This document shows positions 10,821 through 21,313 of a DNA stretch of 46,993 nucleotides, piece after piece; position 1 is the first letter of the stretch; each line of letters begins with the position of its first letter. The DNA lies in assembly GCA_002104905.1 (NCBI GenBank), contig MCFE01000679.1, positions 1 to 46,993 of the forward strand. The letters run 5' to 3'. Source of the DNA: Basidiobolus meristosporus CBS 931.73 (taxonomy: Eukaryota; Fungi; Basidiobolomycota). The notes beneath the pieces are model-generated. The model saw only the letters and a list, made by a program, of their open reading frames with translations, was not told the DNA's origin and did not search any database. The position numbers and the translations under genes were made by a program.

Positions 10821-12713
10821 CTGTGAGAAGTACTCAGGGTTGCAGACACTCTGTAATATCTTGCCAATTCTTTCAAACTTCTCTAGTATCTCAAAGGGCA
10901 CAATTAGCTTGAAATGCCCAATGTACAACTTGGTCATCAGTATGAGGATATTGTTGAAAGGCAAATGCATTGCTCCCAGTGGAAAGCATTTGCTCCAACA
11001 GATACCCTCTATCTCAAGTTTCTTTGGTTTCCAATTAATTCCATATTCTGGCCAATGGCTTATAGCTTGCCAACTTTGCTGCAATTGCATGCTTACGTCT
11101 GTATATTCTCTCTGTGGAAAGATGATGTTCTTAGTGCTGGTGTATGGGTAATGGCTGGGGCATCTCCAATGCAGATAATAATATGCTCTTTAACATGATG
11201 GCCATCTACTGTCATCCTGCTGGAAAGCATGCAAATTTATCCAGCAACAGATACAGGTAGCTATCCAGGTTGGAAGGTGATTTAGGCCCTGATAGCAGTG
11301 AGACTACCATCAGATTCTTGCTGTGATACCATAAAATGGGTGACAGATTCAGATTGATGAGAAACAGTGGCCAGCAGGATTTGCGGGTGGAGTAACTGTT
11401 TAGTGAGAATCCATCAAGTGGTAAAGCAAAGGCATGGCCATACATACATCCAGAGTAGCCTTTGCTTCTTAGCTGTTTGTAATGTTTGCCATCAAATATA
11501 TTGGATATGCTTGCACTTGATTGATACTGAGTGCAGCACTGTATAGCTTTGCCATATTTGTTGGACTGCATCAGCTTTCTTAGACAGGGTATTACCAGAA
11601 TATATCTGGAGTGTGAACAGTGTTTTCCCTCAATGGTGGTGAGTTCCTGACAATTTGGGCATGTTGCAATGGTAGCATTTCTGGATGTGAATGCCTAGCA
11701 ACAGTTAACACATGCTGGAATCAGGACAGTCTCTGGACCATATGTTGCCAGCTGCATGACAGTTGTCCATTTGTACCATGTACCTGGCAAGTTGCATCTT
11801 GGTATGATTTTGGTTTGAAGTAGTAATAAAACCTCAAAGCCCCTACTACTGATATCAGTGGAAACATGCCACTTCTCTAGCCACAACATTACATCATTCA
11901 CCAATTGATGGATTACTGGGCTCACTTGGCTCTATTAAGTATTGTTGGCATTTGTTTCAACAGGTGTTGTCTCATTGCACATAGGGATTTGACCAGGCTC
12001 ATACGTGGTACTGTTGTTAGGGGAGATAGGCTCAAAATCCATCAGTGAATCTTCTTTGTCAGAACTATCACTCTGCATGCCATATTCAGAAGGCTAAGGT
12101 GAGCCTAAAGGCATCATAAACTCACCTAACTCAGTATGAACAAGGTCACAAAGATGGCCAGGTGCCAATATAGAAGTATCAACTGGCCAGCAAGATAATG
12201 TTGGTAGAGTAGTGACCAATGAATGGTCAAATATGACTTGGGTGGAAAAACACTGGCTGTGATCCTTGCAATACTTGCTATGCTGTTGGCATGCTTCATG
12301 GCTGTGAAGCTTGCCACAATAGCCACATGGTCTTTTTCTCTTCTCTTGCGTCATTGAGTCAAAGTAGTCTTCTTCATGGGGCAAACAATTTGACCTTCAA
12401 CAATGTAACGCTATTATATCACTTTTTGGTCAATACTCCTGTGAATTTAAGACAGTTGTGTATTTGAGACATTGCACCTATATGAATCTAAGATTCAGTG
12501 ATGACCCGCAATAGTAGCACTATAAATAAAGTTGTGGTACCACATACACACATATATATATCAATCTAAATCTGCCACCTATCATTAACATACACACATA
12601 TATGTAACACTATTTCCCCTTTAGTTTGACTCACTTCCATATATATGCTGCTAAAAAATAAAGGAAAGTTATCTAGTTCCTAACCAAACCCCACCGCTGA
12701 CAGCAACAGAAGA

Positions 12714-14579
12714 ATGGCTGTACAACAGCTTGCTTTGACAGTCAGTGCAACAAGTGGGGTTATATTGAGAAAAGGCCCTGTGGACAGTGTGCCCATTGAA
12801 GGTAATAATGTAGACTCCTCAGGCTCTCAGTCAAATAGGCAATTGAGAACCTCTGTGGAGCCACAAGCTAACTATTATGCTCAGGCAGATGAGAATGTAG
12901 CAAATGCAGTACCCTCAATTGAAGATTGACAAGTGGCTGTCATAACATCACCACCACCCATATTAGCAATTATGTAGTCAGCTCACACCAAAGCATTAAT
13001 GAAGTAACTAAGTGCAGTGGCTGATAGGATAGATGCTATGGCCCAGAGATATCAGGAAATAGTCCAGAAACAGGATGAGCGGATAATATGTGTAGAGCAA
13101 TCAATATCTCAGGTAGAGAAAGCATTATCTTTGCTGCAAAGACGGAACTCAATTAGCTCAATGTCACAGCCAATAATTGTGCCATTTCCCAATGTAACAC
13201 CAGAGGAACACTGTACAGTATTTGAAGCACAACAACAGTGCCCAAAGATAAAGCCCACTGAAAAACCTATCAAAGCATGGGAGGGAGACAATGAGGTGCT
13301 TATACCAAAGCCTAAGAATCAGAAGACATTGAAGATCTGTGAAGCTGTTGAGTGCAATAATGAAGAGTGGGCTAATTTTCAAGAGGACTTCAGAAGTCTA
13401 GCATACCACTACCTTAAGACTGGCATACCATGGGACCATCAGGAGCTCAAGGCCAAGCAAAATGTACTTGACTTGCTCCATAAGAATTATCCTGGATTCA
13501 AACAGGCAAGCAGATTTTGGACTAGCATTGGTATGCTAAGAAAGTATCTTAAGAATAGCAGAAACTATCAAAGGCAGAAGAACAAGGGTGCTATGGCTAA
13601 AAGCCAGTGGCTTCCTCAAGAGCCGGCTACAAGCAGAGCCAAAAGCTCCAGAGAAGCATCAAAGAGACATCAGGTAGCTGGAAGAGTGCCAATTAGGGAA
13701 AAGCAGGCAGTCACAGATGCACCAGTGCAACATTTATCAAGGAAAAAAGGTAGTACCATTGAAGAGGCATTTGATTGATGTAGCAGTGAAGGACCTGGCA
13801 GTGATAAATACCAGCAGCTTTTACAGGAGCATGTCACAACTATGGTCAAGAGCTCAAGACAAGAGTAAAAGAAATTTCAGGTTGCCAGAAGAGTGCCAGC
13901 AAAGAACTAGCAGGCCAAAACAGATGTGCTAGAGCAGAATATATCAAGGAGAATTCATAGTTCTTTACAAGAAGCATTCAGACAACACAGCAGTGAAAGA
14001 CCTTGCAGTGATAAAGGAGAAGGTAAAGGGAAATATGTCTACCCAAGCCTGAGGCAGGGAGGCATGCAAGAAAACTGCAGTTCCTGCCAATTGACTCTGC
14101 AAGCCTGGAACAGACTGAATTCCATCATAGCCAAGAAGCATTATTAACAAGAAAACAGCTGTTTTCACAAGCACAGCCAGTTGAGCTACACTCCGGCAAG
14201 GTAGATGAGTTTGCTGAAAAAGCAATTTGTCTACCACAGCCTCCACATCCTCCATTGTTACAGATTGGAGATCCTACTGACAGACAAGGCTACAACATCA
14301 AGAGCTCAAAAGACTATCACAATGCCTTCAGTGGAATTTTGAAACATTAATAGGCACACCAAGTGGTTGCAGCACTTCTTCAAGAGAAGTACTCAAGAAA
14401 ACGCACTGGATTATTGGAAGAATTTATTGCAAAGACTGGCAGATGAGGTGCTAGACCATGCAGTGCCAGCTGAAGACCAGGATTTATGGGAACCATTGAA
14501 TGAACAGTGGCATAAAGCTGTTGGGTTCCTGCCAAAGTTATGGAACCAGAGTGTCACAGCAGAAATACTTATTGAGTAG
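12714..14579 (+). pseudogene. CMC element second gene (putative DNA-binding accessory protein), multiple stops
   Basis: ORFs 12714-12929, 13017-13778 and 13926-14147 share one frame; 14367-14579 follows. Lies inside the TIRs, divergent from the transposase. Its 3' part recurs at 1005-1960. Confidence 0.65.
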
Positions 14580-15031
14580 TGGATTTTAATGCAGTTACTT
14601 GTTAAGTGTGGGGTTGGGCTTAATGTTAGCGTAGGGTATAGGGACTTGTATAGGTCAATGCAATAGACAATTGGGGTACAACAGAAGTTTCAACAGAAAT
14701 AAATCAATTTGTATGCCTGAAAAGTAAGAGAAATGGTTGGGTCAGGAAGTAGGGGGTGTGAAAAAGCGGCAATAGCCAATTGATGCACACAAATGTAGGA
14801 GGCAATAAAGTGTCCAGTGCCAGAGTGAGTAAATTGGCAGGGAACCAATTAACAGCCACTTATACATCATTGTGATGAAAAGTTTTGACCAAGTTTTTTG
14901 TGAAATCTGGGGTGCATTTATTTTTCAAGGGTTGCAGGATGGTGTCCTGATGGGATCAGTACCTCATAGTCAGAAGACTTTAACTTTGTAATGGTCTTTC
15001 AATGGGATTGCCTCAAAGATTTTTTATAGGG

Positions 15032-16226
15032 TGGATTTTTGATTGAAGAACTTGATGCGGATGTGTACATAAGCCAGCCTCATGAGTTTGCTGATCCAGA
15101 TAACCCCCATGTGGTGTGCAAACTTAAAAATCTCTATATTGACTCAAACAGTCACCAAGAGCCTAGAATTGCAATACAGATTTATATTTGGAATCTTTGA
15201 GTTTCCAAGGGAGAAATGCTGACTATAGTACTTAATGTATTCCAGATAGAGCAGGTCCAGTCCTACAAGCACTACTTGTGGCTAATCTTATTATAGCCAC
15301 CTATAACTTAAAAGCAATCTATGTCCAGCAGTCTGATGCATACCACACTTAGAACTTGAACAGATATCTCATATCTAGTGGGAGTTGTCAGCTGGTATAC
15401 TTTGACCTATAGATCCAATCAGATTGCAGCAGTCAAGGGATTTTTGGTACCTAAAGGGAGCTGCTGATATTTACTTAAGAAACACCTATGAGTTTTGAGA
15501 ACAGGATCTTGTAGGATACTCTGATGATGGTTGGGGACAAAACTTACAAGACAGAAGAAGCACCACAGGATACAGCTTTTTTATAGTAAAGGAGATTTTT
15601 GTGAAGTTCTCGAAAGCAGCCAACTGTAGCACTGTCTGTCACTGTGGCAAAGTATGTGGCAGCCTGTGAAGATACAAAAGAAGTAATGTGACAAAGAAAG
15701 CTTTTTACAGATCTGGGCCTTTGTCAGAAAATACCTATTACCATATTTCAAGATAATCAAGGACATAAACAATTAGGTTCAAATCTAACTTTTCATGCCA
15801 TAATTGAGCACATATGTATCAGGTATCAATTTATAATTGAGGCTATTATGAATGAGTTAGTTAGCTTGGTTGAATAGGAGTGTTATAAGATTTGTAATTC
15901 CACCTAAATAATTACCCTATATTGTCACTTAGATTGTTACCTTCAAATCTTAGAGAATGCTGACCATATTCCTTGTTGGGATTTACTTAGAATATTTTCA
16001 CCAAAATACCAGGTACCCAGAATATGAAAATTCTCAAAGTTGTAAAAACAGCCCCACACTTTGAGCTCACACTCTTGGGACCTTTCAAAAGCTATTCAAT
16101 GTTACTTTTATGCCAAGATCATGTAAAGAATAATAATACATTAACATTCAATAAGTTAACAAGTGAAAACCACATAGTCTACTTGTCCTTCCAATTTCTT
16201 CCTACATCTTCATGACTCTTACAGCA
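15032..16226 (+). mobile_element. Ty1/Copia family D remnant, right part (RT, RNase H, 3' LTR 15881-16226)
   Basis: VYISQP..VVCKLK, LKQSPRA, VGYSDDGWG..DRRSTTGY. Purine tract GAATAGGAG, then a TGTTA...CAGCA LTR related to 28127-28473. Confidence 0.78.
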
Positions 16227-17296
16227 CCTTCAGCCATATTTAAGCCTAAGAGCATAGTAATACAGAGGATGAACTTGAAGAAGATCTAGAACTTGCTTAA
16301 CATACAATAGAAGAATAGTTATCCCAAGTGACCCCACTATAATTGAATGGAGTAATGAAAGGAATACCTGCTAAGATCATAATTGACTTGAGAGCATCAC
16401 ACAAGTACATGTCAGTACAACTTGTCTAAAAGAAGTGCATATAAGCCTACCACAAGTCAGACACATGGATTGTGCCATTGACACAGAACATTGCCTCCCA
16501 GGAGGCCAGTTACTCAGGATGTTCATTAGCAAAAGAGCCCTGTACTCAGTTATGGAGAAGAATAACTATTGCATACTGCAGATTGATGAGCTGGCAGGTC
16601 AGCTCAAAGGGGCTGCAGTACTCAGCAGAATAGATCTCTTGGTAAGATACAATCAGATAAGGTTGAAAGCAGAAGGTATCCCTAACAGTGTATTTGGTAC
16701 CTAATATGGACATTACAAGTACTAAGTTATGTATTTTGGCCATACTAATGTCTCTGCAACATTTATGACCTTTATGGAAACTGTCTTGCAGGGGTACTTG
16801 GGCAAGTGTGTAATAATCTACCCAGATGACAAATTATTATACAGCAATACAGAAGTAGACCACATGGTGCATATTGAAAAGGTCTTGGAGAGGCTAAGAG
16901 AGAGCATACTATATAGCAACCTACTCAAATATGAGTTCTTTCAGGAACACATTGAAAACCTAGGTCATATAGTGACTAGCCCAGGAGTGTTCTTAGACTC
17001 CAATAAAGTGGAAGTTATCTTGAATCTGAAACAGTCTTATAGCATCTCCAAGCTAATATTATTTCTTGAAATGGTTTCCTAATATCAGACATTTGTCAAG
17101 TAGTTTGAATAAATTGCTGCCCCTTCAACCAATATCCTTTACAAAAACAAAACCTTGAGGTGGGATATAGCATTTGAGACTGCTCTTCATACACTCAAGA
17201 ATGAAGTTGTCAAGCTGCCAAGCTTGAGAATACCTGACTTCAGAAAAGAGTTTTCTTACTGCACAGATGCTTCAGATTATGCAATTGGTGGCAAAC

Positions 17297-19775
17297 TGAT
17301 GTATACATATGCAGCATGTTTATTTATAGGGGTCATGTCTCAGATGTGAGACAACCTTGACATTGTTTATATCAAAAATTTAGTGATTGCTGATTTGCAA
17401 TGGCTTGATGCAGATCACAACAAAAATGAGTTGTTTGGATCATTACAAATAATAGCAATTCAATGCAATTGCATCATCTTTGCCTAGGTTTTTTCTTTCA
17501 GGGATTATTACTGAAGCATTTGGTAGTGATTCACTTTGCACACCTAAGCTACTTTGTTGTTGACTATCCTTTTGGCTACTTGTGGATTTGTAGTCAGTGT
17601 CTTGCTTCCTAGTTAATGAGTGCAATGCTGCAGCTTGGCCACACTGAATTGCCCCGGATGATGCAACTGAGCTGGCCTGCAGTGCTACATACTGATGCGT
17701 TCTTTTAATTGCTAAAGGCTCTGGTGGTGGAGGCACTTCATGTGGGTCATCATCAGTCAGTTCACCAGAAGGAACCTGCTGATGGTCAGGAGTAATGGCA
17801 TGTGTAGACAAGACTTGATGCGCTGGCATGGCCCTTGGCTGAGTTTGATGTGATGCCGCTTGTTAACACAACTTGGCCTGCTCCAATGAACTTGTGTCTT
17901 TTTGAGCAGTTTGGTAAGTTCTGGTGGTTTTGCTTTGAAGCACATGCTTTGACCTGATACGCATTGACTCAATGTGGGGCGCTCTTGTGAAGGGTGTTGG
18001 CATAGTTTGAACTAATGTGCACTGGCATGCTGAAGTTGCAAGGGATGATAAGGAATCCAGCAAGGCATGCTGGTGCAATTAAGACAATGTTGCATGTGGT
18101 CTGTATTCCTCCTCTTTAAGCTCATCTTCTGATTCCTCAAGGTATTCACTTACCCTCTGTCAAATACTTTGCAACTGTTGCCTAGATGAGTCCTGTGTAT
18201 ATTACTCTTGGAAGCCGCTTAGTTCTACTAATATATCACATTATACATTAGTCATTTGAGGCAAAAACTCATTCAAAATCTCTTTGGTTCCCAAAGTTGA
18301 GGTACAAACAGACATGTGTAGCCGGTGTGGTGGTGTAGAGGTACTCCTGGGAGAAGCTACACAACTCAAGGTGTATGAGGTGTCTGATGGGTGCAATAAC
18401 CTCTGGGTCCAAACTGCTGGTGTCTTTGTCAGTATGTCTCTATGGTAAAAGGTCCTGCTTCTCTAGCTTCCTAGGTGCTCCAAGTGTCTCCAAAGGCCTC
18501 TGTGTGTCTTGTGCACTACCTTGAAAAGCTCCTTGATGGCAGGTCTGAGATGTACTGTTGAAGGCAGGTGCAGTGACCAACTGCTAATCAATAGGGGAGA
18601 AGTATTACTGATAGAAGGGATGATTTATTGATGAAGGACTGCTTTCCCTTAAATACTTTTCCTGATTGCCAAGTGATTACTGATGACAAGGTTCTAGAAG
18701 ATTCTAGGTATCAGTAGAATTCTTGATGACATTGCTATGAGCTAAAAATATGCCAAGAATGCGCTGGAAGGTTCTAAAAGGCACAGCACTCTAGAGCAAT
18801 CAGGAATCAGTACTGTGGTCCATCCACCCCAATCTACTCAAGGAGATCCCTTGTTAAGCTTCTCCACTATTACAAGAACTATTGCCCTACAAGGTTTTGT
18901 CTCACCATCCATGGCAACAAAAGTCCTAGAAGCTTTTGTTCCTAGCAGACAGCAATAGAGAAACACCTTGCAGAGGGTATCAATGACTTAGAGCAAGCTT
19001 GGAGTACTAGATTCAGAAGCTTCAATAGACTTCTATATCCCAGAGTGTTCAGCAACAGGTTCCATATATGGGGTATTTTGGATACCTTCCCAGTCAGAAT
19101 TAACAGACCTTCTAGAGGGCAGAGGCACTTTTATTCTGGCAAGTACAAGGCACACTGTGCAAAGTTTCAGGCACTGTCTGACATTGAGGGTAACATCATC
19201 TGGTTTAGTGGGCCATTTGCTGAAAGTAGGCATGACAAAACACTCTAAGTAGAGAACCATCCAGAATTCAGTAGAGGGGAAAAATGTATGGCAGACTTAG
19301 CATATATAGGAGAGGATTGTCAGAGATTAGGATGTATTAAAGCTTAAGGAAGCCAAGGAACGGTGTGCTTTGCAGGAAGTAGAAGCTCTACAACAAGATA
19401 TTTGATCATTTCAGAGTGAGGGTAGAGCATACATTTGGATATCTGAAGAGACTCAGCATATTGGGAGATAAATACAGAGGAAAGTCATATATAGGACAAA
19501 ACAGCAGAATTGGCAAAATAGCTAAGATACTTCTTAATGCAAGGTATATTCATAAAAGAAGACATCCACTAAGAGAAATGCATCAGGAGCATTATGAAGA
19601 GTAAATAAAGCAAGGAAAGACTACTCTGAGCAACAAAGTAAGATTGAGTAAAGCTACCATTAACTATATCCTACCACTGGCATTATGGTAGAAATTATAG
19701 TGCCAGATAGTGCCAAATTGATCTGACACTATAAACAGGCTGGCACTATGTGGCACTATCCAACAGAACAGGTCT
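17297..19775. mobile_element. Second, internally deleted copy of the PHIS transposon (inverted relative to 2711-6111)
   Basis: 17297-18323 is the reverse complement of ~4535-5555. 18809-19604 is the 3' part of the transposase on +. A degenerate TIR ends at 19775; the other end is missing. Confidence 0.85.
18326..18814 (-). repeat. Truncated LTR, family C (short variant)
   Basis: Starts TGTGGTGGTGTAGAGGTAC as at 1131 and is colinear with 1131-~1600. Fused to the transposase at AGTACT (18809-18814). Confidence 0.8.
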
Positions 19776-20887
19776 AGTTTCTACTGCTCTGGAGAAACTT
19801 ACATGGTTGCTGATGCCTGATTGAAACTAGAGCAAGTTGTATAACTCAACCTGGTGCATGTGTCAGATTGGGTCAGATCACTACTAAAGTGCTTGGAAGA
19901 CCAAGCCCTTCCTAATGAGGTAGATGATGTTGTCATGAAGATTATCTGGGATTAAGCCAGATGAAGTCTGGGTTCTTAAGCTTGGAAGCTTAGCACATTT
20001 ATTCTTGAACATCTGAAAGGCAGTCTTGCAGGCTATGTCCCACTTCAAGGTGTTTTCTTTCTTGAGGATATCAGCTCAAGGGGCTACAATACTTGCAAAG
20101 AACTTGGCAAATCTCCATTTGTAGGAAACCGTTCCACGGAATGATCCAAGCTCTGATATGCAATGGGGCTGCTTCAGATTCTTAATGACTTCAGTCTTCT
20201 GGGGTCTAAGGTCACTCCTGTGGTAGTTACTATGTGTCTCAGGTATTCAACATGTTCCTTCAAGAATTCACACTTTGCTAGCTTGCCATAGTGCTTATTT
20301 TCTCATAGTTTCTTCAAGACCTTTTGAATGTGAACCAAGTGTTTCTCTTCTGTCTTGCTGTAACTCAATTTGTTATCTAAGTTGATTACTACAAACCTGT
20401 CTAAGTACTTCTGGAAGACTGTTTGCATCAAGGTTAACAATATTGCAATGGCACTGGTTAGGCCAAAGCTAATAACTAAGTACTTGTAATGTTGATATCT
20501 GGTCTTGAATGCTGTCATAGGGATGTATTCTGGTTTCACCCTAATCAGGTTGTATCCTGACATGAGGCCAATCTTGCTGAATATGGTGGCTGCATTGAGT
20601 TGGTCAAAAAGCTCATCAATCCAAGGTATGGGGTATATATTCTTTATGGTAACTGAGTTGAGGGCTCTGTAGTCAATGCACATCCTAAGTATCCCATCCT
20701 GCTTTTTCACAAGAAGTACTGGTGCTCCTCAAGGCAACTTGTTAGGTCTGATGTACCCTTGCTCCAACAGCCAATCTATTTGTCTCTTCATCTCTTCCAA
20801 CTCCAATGAACTCAATCTGTAAGGTGTCTTACTTACTGGAGGGCTATCTCCTGTGTCAATAGCATAACTCACATCTCTGACTAGTGG

Positions 20888-21255
20888 TGTTATGATCTGC
20901 CGCTTGAATGTTTAAGTTAGATCAGTTTTTAGTCAAATCAATTAGTATATGTTTAGGTTATCAGTATATCAGTATTATCTATGAAATCAGTAGCATTAGT
21001 CAGCAAATGAATCAGCAGATCCTTATCAGACAGAAAAAGATATATTAAGTAGGATCTTATTGGGTGATGATGATGCAATCAAATGAGTCATCAGCCACAA
21101 CCTACATTAGGAAATACAATTAGTCAGCAATTGATCTGGCAAAATGTATATAAGGAGCTGCTGGAACCTCAATAAAAATCAGTTCAAGTTTTAGTGAATA
21201 CAATACTAGCTAAACTCCCTATTCCTCTACAACTCTTATACCAAGACTTGTAACA
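20888..21255 (+). repeat. 5' LTR of intact Gypsy-A
   Basis: Direct repeat of 25458-25825; TATATAA at 21147-21153 and AATAAA at 21171-21176. Confidence 0.97.
21071..21091 (+). promoter_or_regulatory. Candidate paired bZIP sites in U3 (TGATGCAAT and ATGAGTCAT)
   Basis: Motif match only, ~55 bp upstream of the TATA box; retained in most LTR copies in the window. Confidence 0.4.
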
Positions 21256-21256
21256 T

Positions 21257-21267
21257 TGGTAGCAGCG
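21257..21267 (+). other. Primer-binding site TGGTAGCAGCG (probably initiator tRNA-Met)
   Basis: One base after the LTR; complementary to a tRNA 3' end CGCUGCUACCA. Also at 38223-38233 (-) and 44223-44233. Confidence 0.8.
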
Positions 21268-21313
21268 ATAACCAGAAACCTCCCTCCTGAAGAAAGAAGA
21301 AAACACCCTCAAG

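Larger units (their letters stand above)
7560..12384 (-). pseudogene. Tnp2/Transposase_21-family (EnSpm) transposase, decayed, interrupted twice
   Basis: Motifs in order: N-terminal CGYC..H..C; FDGKHY; LPLDGF; SCWPLFLINLNLSP; GPKSPSNLDSYL; MHLPFNN; YKCKDW; FVTGFEWLYY; HSLLHL..GPCFTFWEFLMEWMCG. The protein continues across both LTR insertions. Ends are approximate. Confidence 0.85.
7201..15031. mobile_element. Full-length CMC/EnSpm (CACTA-like) DNA transposon, ~5.7 kb native, two divergent genes, carrying two solo LTRs
   Basis: Termini CCCTATGAAGAAT and (reverse complement) CCCTATAAAAAAT. Imperfect 3-bp TSD TGC/TGG. Flanks rejoin into Copia RT (HQMDV.TA|FL.EELDADVYISQP). Confidence 0.8.

Noticed and set aside
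12530-12610. CA/TA-rich low-complexity stretch
   Set aside because: Short and imperfect; probably part of the AT-rich intergenic promoter region of the CMC element.
12930-14200. In-frame TAA/TAG in the CMC accessory gene suggesting a ciliate-type genetic code
   Set aside because: The intact 1377-aa ORF has no internal TAA/TAG and ends in TAG; C-to-T decay explains the stops.
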